32,238 bases of DNA from a virus (taxonomy: Duplodnaviria; Caudoviricetes), in the IMG/VR virus record IMGVR_UViG_3300005611_000129, positions 1 to 32,238 of that record; one strand, given 5' to 3'. A program made the translations under genes and the position numbers. Each line of letters begins with the position of its first letter. The first letter of the stretch is position 1. This document shows positions 26,490 through 32,238 of this stretch, piece after piece. A model generated the notes under the pieces. It searched no databases and had not been told where the DNA came from. It was given only the letters and a program-made list of their open reading frames with translations.

Positions 26490-26552
26490 GCGGCCCAGCG
26501 TAGGGGAGGAAACCGCTGGGCCGCGCCGTGCAAGGGGGAGAACAGCCCTTGC
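26490..26552. other. twin GC-rich hairpins with SD/anti-SD-like loops
   Basis: GCGGCCCAGCG/CGCTGGGCCGC (26490-26524) and GCAAGGG/CCCTTGC (26530-26552). Confidence 0.8.
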
Positions 26553-26555
26553 CGC

Positions 26556-26969
26556 TTAGAATGGAATGTCGTCCTTCAGATCGTTAAGAACAACATCTTG
26601 TTTTGTGATAGGATAACCATCTTCTTGTGGCTTGTCCATCTTTGGTGACACTCTAAACGACAAATAGGCATTGTCTCCTTTCATCTCTTTCCAAGCCGCT
26701 ATGCGCAGATCTTCAGAGATTCCGTCCAGTGGCCCAGAATAGTCTGGGGCATTGTCGTTGCCCTTCTTATCGTTATCAAATAGAACACCAACTTTCTGAT
26801 AAACTTCGATGCGCTTCTTGCCATCTTTGTTTTCAGCCATGATCAGGGCGATGCCTGATTCTTGATTGATGTCGTTGTGTGTGATCTGAACCTTACCCTG
26901 TAGGATAAACTTCTGTTCTGGGAACGGCTTGAATGCCGCCCCTTTGTTTGTGTTGTCATAGTCGTTCAT
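26556..26969 (-). CDS. single-stranded DNA-binding-like protein (DUF736-like)
   Basis: GVLFDNDKK..NAPDYSG..IAAW..YLS motif; C-terminal DDIPF tail. Confidence 0.75.
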   Translation of the reverse strand: MNDYDNTNKGAAFKPFPEQKFILQGKVQITHNDINQESGIALIMAENKDGKKRIEVYQKVGVLFDNDKKGNDNAPDYSGPLDGISEDLRIAAWKEMKGDNAYLSFRVSPKMDKPQEDGYPITKQDVVLNDLKDDIPF

Positions 26970-27148
26970 TGAACGGCCTCCATTTTTTTGAGGTTGTCGG
27001 CAAGTTCATTTTCAAACTTTGCAGTATCAATGCCTTGCTCTTTGTATCTGCCGATAAGTTTTTCTAGGAAGTTAATCCGGCTTTCAACATATCGCTTATT
27101 AATTGATGGCTCGTCTTCAATAAGCTCTTTCGATGTTACGCTTTTCAT
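26966..27148 (-). CDS. hypothetical protein
   Basis: Coupled by stop/start overlaps on both sides. Confidence 0.7.
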   Translation of the reverse strand: MKSVTSKELIEDEPSINKRYVESRINFLEKLIGRYKEQGIDTAKFENELADNLKKMEAVQ

Positions 27149-27591
27149 TACCAGTCTCCTTTGTTGTCATTGCCAGCGTACTTGTTGCCATCCATCTTCC
27201 CAAGGAAGACATCAGCATTGAAGCCCAGATGTGATAGGGCTTTGGTCAGGCCATCAGTGATAGCCATCTTCGGTGCGTCTTCTGCCATGCGTCCCTTGGC
27301 GGCATCAAAGAACTTGCGGCATCCAGTGAACGGTCCGAAGTAGTTTCCTTGACTGCCGTGCCAGACAGTGACATCAGCCACAACTGCGGTATCGCCATTG
27401 GCGAGGTTGATGAATCTGGTTTCGTTGGTCCAGCCCCATCCCTCGCCTACTGGCCCAAAGGATTCGGTGGCTTTCATTACCTGATATTGAGGATCAATAG
27501 CGGTGAATGATCTAGCACCGAAGGAAACTTTCTTGAGGTATTGCGGATCGGATGTTGATACTGCATTCCACAGTTTCATTTTGTCAGTCAT
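27148..27591 (-). CDS. Sak/Rad52-like single-strand annealing protein
   Basis: FGPVGEGWGW and EDAPKMAITDGLTKALSHLGFNADVF; adjacent to the exonuclease. Confidence 0.75.
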   Translation of the reverse strand: MTDKMKLWNAVSTSDPQYLKKVSFGARSFTAIDPQYQVMKATESFGPVGEGWGWTNETRFINLANGDTAVVADVTVWHGSQGNYFGPFTGCRKFFDAAKGRMAEDAPKMAITDGLTKALSHLGFNADVFLGKMDGNKYAGNDNKGDW

Positions 27592-28378
27592 TGTGTTCTC
27601 CTTTGACTGTTATGCGCAACGAGCCTCGCTTGTCACGCTTGATGGTGAGAAGGTCGCAGTATACTTCCCTCTCGGTATCGTCAACCATTGCTTTGAGATC
27701 TGCCTTGGCTGACTCGAATGATTTGGCATTGGCCTCTTGCTCGATGTAATCATGGCAACGACTGATAAACTCATTGTCACCACTCGCATCCCTGCGTGTC
27801 ATGTTGTCTACTAGGATGTGATCTGTAGATAATGTTGCGATTGGTTTGCTGGTAACTGGTTCAATATCGAACTCAACCATTTCCCAGAACTGCTTGATGT
27901 TAACCATCATGTCATCGATGTAACTTTTGTCTGGTGAAATATAGACGCATTCCCAGCGGCGGTTGCCAAAGATTATAGATAGATAACATCCATCTGCGGC
28001 AGACAACATCAGGTAGAATTGTATCTGCGGCATGTACTGTTTGATGCAAGACTCTATTGTATTGCGATCATAGGTATGCTTGCACTCAAGTATAGCCGTC
28101 TTGTCAAAGATGAATCCGTCAACAGTTCCTTTGCATGGGATTCCATTATAGTCCTGTTGATAGGTAGACTGCTCTTCGATGTGACACTTATTGTCTAGCT
28201 GGTGCTTGTTAAACCAAGCAATGTTGAATGACTCAGTGTGAACACCGAGTTGCACCGCAAGATTATCTGATAGGTCGGTAGGTTCAGCGCGACCAGTCTT
28301 CTCCATCCAGAGACTGTGCCAGTCGCCTTCCATAATGCGGCGTGCATCACTGCCGCCAATAAATCCAAGTCTGTTCAT
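27584..28378 (-). CDS. YqaJ/lambda-exonuclease family protein
   Basis: RLGFIGGSD, GTVDG, LECK, YMPQIQFYL. Confidence 0.92.
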   Translation of the reverse strand: MNRLGFIGGSDARRIMEGDWHSLWMEKTGRAEPTDLSDNLAVQLGVHTESFNIAWFNKHQLDNKCHIEEQSTYQQDYNGIPCKGTVDGFIFDKTAILECKHTYDRNTIESCIKQYMPQIQFYLMLSAADGCYLSIIFGNRRWECVYISPDKSYIDDMMVNIKQFWEMVEFDIEPVTSKPIATLSTDHILVDNMTRRDASGDNEFISRCHDYIEQEANAKSFESAKADLKAMVDDTEREVYCDLLTIKRDKRGSLRITVKGEHND

Positions 28379-28399
28379 GATTGTTCTCCTTTGATTATC

Positions 28400-29038
28400 C
28401 TACTGATTTTGCATGATAAGTGCAAGTTTTTTATTGGTAATCTCCTCCAATAAACGCTGACGTTTACTTAGCCGCCAAGCAATGTGCTTATAGAACTCAG
28501 CAAATGCGGGCCAGAAAGTAGTTGTTTTAGCTACATTGGCTATTGCTGTCTGGACAATATCTGCTGGGTATTCTGATAGTTGATTGGCTATGGCTTTGAT
28601 GCGTATCGCTACATCAGTTCCATTCTCTCCTGCTGGTTTGACCACCAGCGTTGTAAGCAATGTCAACTGCTCTTTGATTTGTGACATTGGCATTGGCAAG
28701 AGAGAAGACTGCACTGCTTCGAGGCAACGATTGCAAGTTTCAAGATCATCAATCTTTATCTTGAAACCTGTTGTGATGATGTCGCAGTCTGATTGACCGA
28801 TAAACTTTACCTTGGTTTTCTCAATCACTGGATACCCTGTTATGGACTCCAGCGAAGAAACTAGGTTTTTGTCTATGGTATTGGGGTTTCCCACTTCCAG
28901 CAGACGAGCTACTGCTCTCTCTTTCTTTGCGGTACTTAATTGAATTGCGACACCAGTTTCTGTAGGCGGTATCGATGTTGGCAAAGAGCGATCCTTTGCT
29001 GATGTGGTGATCACAGAACCGATGTGTTTCATCGTCAT
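28400..29038 (-). CDS. replication protein, helicase loader-like (lambda P/G39P position)
   Basis: LSEYPADIVQTAI...FWPAFAEF; AGGAG SD; follows a DnaT-like domain; start uncertain. Confidence 0.6.
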   Translation of the reverse strand: MTMKHIGSVITTSAKDRSLPTSIPPTETGVAIQLSTAKKERAVARLLEVGNPNTIDKNLVSSLESITGYPVIEKTKVKFIGQSDCDIITTGFKIKIDDLETCNRCLEAVQSSLLPMPMSQIKEQLTLLTTLVVKPAGENGTDVAIRIKAIANQLSEYPADIVQTAIANVAKTTTFWPAFAEFYKHIAWRLSKRQRLLEEITNKKLALIMQNQ

Positions 29039-29468
29039 GATTAATGCTCTCCTGTAGTTTGGTGTTGATGTCTTGGATCAGATCTTGGCTTGGTTGCCAA
29101 TTCTCTGGTACACGTTTCCTCCTTTTCTTTTTAGACTTAACTTCCCCTCGAAGCAATGGCGCAAAACATTTCTCGAATATATCTCCATCGATTATAACTA
29201 ATGTTTTGGTATCGCCAGACTTGCGTTTGTAAAAAGCAGCATCCCTTTCGGCTAAGACTGCGAATGCAGATGGGAACGATGATGAGTCTCGATACTTTAC
29301 TTCGACCACCAGTTCGTGTTCTCCGACTTGCCAGAGGATGTCTCCTCTATACTCTCCTCCCAGTTGCCCACTGAGCGGTTGCCTTTTCGCTTTAAAGCCG
29401 AGCCTTTCGAGCCATGAGATGAACCACTTTTCGTGGTAGTTTCCTTTGTTGCGATTCTTGTTTGCCAA
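28821..29468 (-). CDS. PD-(D/E)xK Holliday-junction-resolvase-like nuclease fused to a DnaT-like/initiator C-terminal domain
   Basis: KGNYHE...RQPLSG...GDI...EVK in the N-half; VPENWQP...FCDHH..KG...AYRNWCRN in the C-half. Confidence 0.7.
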   Translation of the reverse strand: MANKNRNKGNYHEKWFISWLERLGFKAKRQPLSGQLGGEYRGDILWQVGEHELVVEVKYRDSSSFPSAFAVLAERDAAFYKRKSGDTKTLVIIDGDIFEKCFAPLLRGEVKSKKKRRKRVPENWQPSQDLIQDINTKLQESINHDDETHRFCDHHISKGSLFANIDTAYRNWCRNSIKYRKERESSSSSAGSGKPQYHRQKPSFFAGVHNRVSSD

Positions 29469-29635
29469 TAGTCATCCCCTTTGTAATAACAATCTACGCA
29501 TATCACCCAGTAATATGCTGGTTGGATTTGTTTGAGAATAGTCACAAACCATTCCGAATAGACATCGCATGACTCACATTTCTGCGGCTGTCCGCTCTGA
29601 AGTTTCTTTTTCGTGGACCGTGATCTGTAAGCCAA
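29297..29635 (-). CDS. small zinc-finger protein (start uncertain; tail overlaps the next gene)
   Basis: CESC...CVDC falls in the otherwise empty gap 29469-29573. Confidence 0.5.
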   Translation of the reverse strand: MAYRSRSTKKKLQSGQPQKCESCDVYSEWFVTILKQIQPAYYWVICVDCYYKGDDYWQTRIATKETTTKSGSSHGSKGSALKRKGNRSVGNWEESIEETSSGKSENTNWWSK

Positions 29636-29810
29636 GTGCGTCTACCCAACAGCCAAGCATGAAACCAGATGGTACTCGCTTGTACTGCTCCCATTTGTGA
29701 ATTAAAGATTTGGTGCATCCAATTCTATGCGCCAGTTCTTCCTGTGACCAGTTTAAACTGTGCCTTCGATTGATTAATTGATGCACCATAAACTCATACC
29801 CATTGTTCAT
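29574..29810 (-). CDS. XRE/Cro-family HTH regulator
   Basis: WSQEELAHRIGCTKSLIHKWE..KRVPS. Confidence 0.9.
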   Translation of the reverse strand: MNNGYEFMVHQLINRRHSLNWSQEELAHRIGCTKSLIHKWEQYKRVPSGFMLGCWVDALGLQITVHEKETSERTAAEM

Positions 29811-30046
29811 GACACCAAGAGTTCATTGATCTTCTGTATCATTTCTCTTTTGGTAGAGAACTCATACTTCACAATCTTAGCACTCCTCCAATCTTTATTG
29901 GTTGCATCTCTGTAGTATTTCTTTGCATCTTCTTTTGTTGCAAAGATACGACCTTTAAACTCTCCAATTGCATAGATTTCATTGCGATCATCGAAGAGCA
30001 TCCAGAAGCTAGGCGTTATTCTGGCTGGGATTTTATACTTGCTCAT
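29807..30046 (-). CDS. hypothetical protein
   Basis: AAGGAG SD; ATGA overlap. Confidence 0.7.
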   Translation of the reverse strand: MSKYKIPARITPSFWMLFDDRNEIYAIGEFKGRIFATKEDAKKYYRDATNKDWRSAKIVKYEFSTKREMIQKINELLVS

Positions 30047-30365
30047 CGTGATTCTCCTTGTAGTGATCTTTAGCCCACATTACTAATTGGTTGCGTCCAC
30101 TCTTGCCTTTGCGTTTTGTGCCATCGACAATGACAAGACCTTTTTCTTTGAGTTGTTTGTATCTGGCAGTGACTGTGCTGTATCCATAATACTCAAGCAC
30201 AAAGAGTACTTGATCTGAGATTGCTCCTTCTTCTCCATAGCGTTTGATTACTTCGTATACTTTACGCTCCATTCTTCCGGCATCAATTGATTTTCCAGCC
30301 TCGTGACTGGTAGATGGATCGTATTTGCGTGACAGTTTATAAGCTGGTGTTGGTTCAATTTGCAT
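30033..30365 (-). CDS. winged-helix DNA-binding protein
   Basis: DPSTSHEA...STVTARYKQLKEKGLV...GRNQ; ATG 30365 has AAGGAGAAC SD. Confidence 0.75.
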   Translation of the reverse strand: MQIEPTPAYKLSRKYDPSTSHEAGKSIDAGRMERKVYEVIKRYGEEGAISDQVLFVLEYYGYSTVTARYKQLKEKGLVIVDGTKRKGKSGRNQLVMWAKDHYKENHDEQV

Positions 30366-30564
30366 GGTCGTTCTCCTTGTTTCTTTCGCCAACTTCGATC
30401 ATTAGATCAATCAGTTCGCAAAGCATTCTGTGCTGAACCTTTGCTATTGTTGAGGGCATCCCAACCCCAAAAGGGCAAGGGCTTTGGCTTCGCTTTGAGA
30501 TTTCTTCATTCTTCTCATCGATCCAATTCATTATTGCATCGACAGTTTCATTATACGGATTCAT
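30355..30564 (-). CDS. hypothetical protein
   Basis: ATG 30564 with AAGGAG SD. Confidence 0.65.
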   Translation of the reverse strand: MNPYNETVDAIMNWIDEKNEEISKRSQSPCPFGVGMPSTIAKVQHRMLCELIDLMIEVGERNKENDHAN

Positions 30565-30853
30565 CTTTAATCTCCTTTTCCAAGATAACTCTTCCCAAGA
30601 TTGAAAGCATCTCTCCATTATCAAGCACAGTTTCTATTGCTTCCCCTGCACTTCTTGCATAAGTGTTTGCAAAGACAGTGTGCAATTGATAGAGATCTAC
30701 ATCATCTGATTTGCAGTGAGGGCAAAAGCCCCCACTGTCTTCTGTTGGATGGTAAAGAGCATGATAATCTTCAGTCTCTTCACCGCAAGTTCTGCATCTA
30801 TAGAACTCCTCTTCGATGAACTTTGCTTTATACTTAGTATGGTATTTCGTCAT
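30551..30853 (-). CDS. zinc-ribbon protein
   Basis: CRTC...CPHC; GGAGG SD. Confidence 0.75.
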   Translation of the reverse strand: MTKYHTKYKAKFIEEEFYRCRTCGEETEDYHALYHPTEDSGGFCPHCKSDDVDLYQLHTVFANTYARSAGEAIETVLDNGEMLSILGRVILEKEIKDESV

Positions 30854-31043
30854 CGATCTCCTCCACTGGATGCTTCAACTCCCATTGGGCAACTGCTCGC
30901 TCAATGAATTTTTCTTTGTTGAAGTTTGGATTGGTGCTGGCAAGTTTGTCTGCCATTAGATAGATGGTACTAGGCCAGCCCATCAATGGCGCGACTTCAT
31001 CCGCCAAGAACTCATAGTGTCGGCGTTGCATTAGAGATGGCAT
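30834..31043 (-). CDS. small conserved-looking phage protein
   Basis: RRHYEFLA...NPNFNKEKF motif; TAATG coupling. Confidence 0.75.
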   Translation of the reverse strand: MPSLMQRRHYEFLADEVAPLMGWPSTIYLMADKLASTNPNFNKEKFIERAVAQWELKHPVEEIDDEIPY

Positions 31044-31258
31044 TATTCAACCCCCTTCAATGGTGGAATGTACACATCAGAATCAGATGAATCACGCTGT
31101 AATACTTCGTGATATGTTTCGTAGACTCGATGAATAGCAGACTGAGCATTCAGTATCTGCCATTGGAACTCAGAGTTTTCTTTCTTTGCTCTGGTTGCAA
31201 GTTCATCAATGCCATACTTGACATTGTAAACTTGTTTGATGAATGGGATTTGAGTCAT
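31043..31258 (-). CDS. hypothetical protein
   Basis: AGGAGAAACACAATG start context. Confidence 0.7.
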   Translation of the reverse strand: MTQIPFIKQVYNVKYGIDELATRAKKENSEFQWQILNAQSAIHRVYETYHEVLQRDSSDSDVYIPPLKGVE

Positions 31259-31278
31259 TGTGTTTCTCCTGTTGAATG

Positions 31279-31330
31279 AACGGCAAGGACCGCCGCCCTC
31301 ACCTGACCGGGGGGCGGCGGCATTGCCGTT
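31279..31330. other. GC-rich intergenic hairpin with internal loop (processing site or terminator)
   Basis: AACGGCAA/TTGCCGTT plus CCGCCGCCCTC/GGGGGCGGCGG. Confidence 0.7.
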
Positions 31331-32178
31331 TATTGGTGTGTCCAGATTGGATCTTTGAACAGCTTTACTAGCTGGTTTTCTCTCTGGCGGCGAGTGTTTG
31401 CTGGGGAACTTGATTCATTAGTGTGAGTTGCCCAAGCTGTGAGGCCATTGTACAAGGCCCACTTATTATGCCCTAGATTATGTACTTCCTTTATATAGGA
31501 GCTTGTTATTAGATCCATTTGCTTTTCATTGTACCTAGATCTTTTGCTTGGTCTTGGCAAGCGAGACAATTCCTTTGCAATGGTTTGAGCATAATCCCAA
31601 GTTACTTCTGTACTCATGTAATCAATGTAGAGATCACGATTGAGAAGGAAGACTTCCAATCCTTGAGTGATCTTATGCGATGATGATTCTACATTGACAT
31701 TGGAAGTATGCTTGGCCCAAGTTCTTGCCACACTGTCTGCTGTGGTGCATCCATTAAGACACCATAAACGTAAACCATCGGTTGACTGTTGGAATGCCCA
31801 AGATCCGTCATAGCTATTGAAGAATTGAATACGAAACTTAATATAATCTCCCACTGCTGGCTCAATGATGTGATCGTGGAATAGAATTTCTCCACGCATT
31901 TTGCGTCCGTCTTCAAAGACATCAACAGTCATCTCAAAATCTTGACTGATGTTTGATTTCTTCACTGCGTCATGCACTGAGTTAACGCAGTCATCATGTC
32001 TAATGATTTTGTATTTTGATCCGTGAACACCAAGCACTTTGTTGGTATCGGTGCGCACTACTGCTCTTGCCATATTCTTTGGCACTTCAATATCTGGAAC
32101 GCCTTCTAATTCTGATGTTGCCCAGAGATTGTAGGTATCAACTGGGAAATCCCAATTGTAATTTGTCATACCATCCAT
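31330..32178 (-). CDS. DUF932 family protein
   Basis: VVRTDT..VLG..GSKY, NSYDGS, RLWCLNG, KHT, WALYNGLT...H; ATG 32178 with AAGGAGAAC SD. Confidence 0.85.
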   Translation of the reverse strand: MDGMTNYNWDFPVDTYNLWATSELEGVPDIEVPKNMARAVVRTDTNKVLGVHGSKYKIIRHDDCVNSVHDAVKKSNISQDFEMTVDVFEDGRKMRGEILFHDHIIEPAVGDYIKFRIQFFNSYDGSWAFQQSTDGLRLWCLNGCTTADSVARTWAKHTSNVNVESSSHKITQGLEVFLLNRDLYIDYMSTEVTWDYAQTIAKELSRLPRPSKRSRYNEKQMDLITSSYIKEVHNLGHNKWALYNGLTAWATHTNESSSPANTRRQRENQLVKLFKDPIWTHQ

Positions 32179-32238
32179 TGTCGTTCTCCTTTCAATAGTA
32201 ATGGTTTGATGTTGCAACAAGGAACAACCACATGCATC

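Overview
The window looks like a complete or near-complete genome (about 32 kb) of a podovirus-type dsDNA phage. Its architecture resembles marine HTVC010P-type phages, and an alphaproteobacterial host is likely; both points are inference from gene content. The + strand (1202-26233) carries terS, a cluster of small basic genes, terL, portal, scaffold, major capsid, tail tubular A/B, three internal (ejection) proteins, a tail fibre, membrane/holin-like genes and a metallophosphoesterase. The - strand (32178-26139 and 795-42) carries early and replication genes: DUF932, HTH proteins, a nuclease-DnaT-like fusion, a helicase-loader-like protein, YqaJ exonuclease, Sak/Rad52-like annealase and an SSB-like protein. 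I recognise no DNA or RNA polymerase, primase, integrase or stand-alone endolysin. Four unexplained signals stand out: (1) a 371-nt rod-like imperfect hairpin (733-1103) at the early/late divergence point, which swallows the RBS and first 21 codons of an orphan gene and has a strand-specific G.T bias; (2) an A10 slippery tract just after the muramidase domain of the large ejection protein, where either shift gives a free lysozyme; (3) a promoter-bounded structured RNA candidate at about 23958-24110; (4) twin hairpins whose loops match the shared early-gene RBS. All protein calls come from recognising motifs and synteny by eye; no searches were run.
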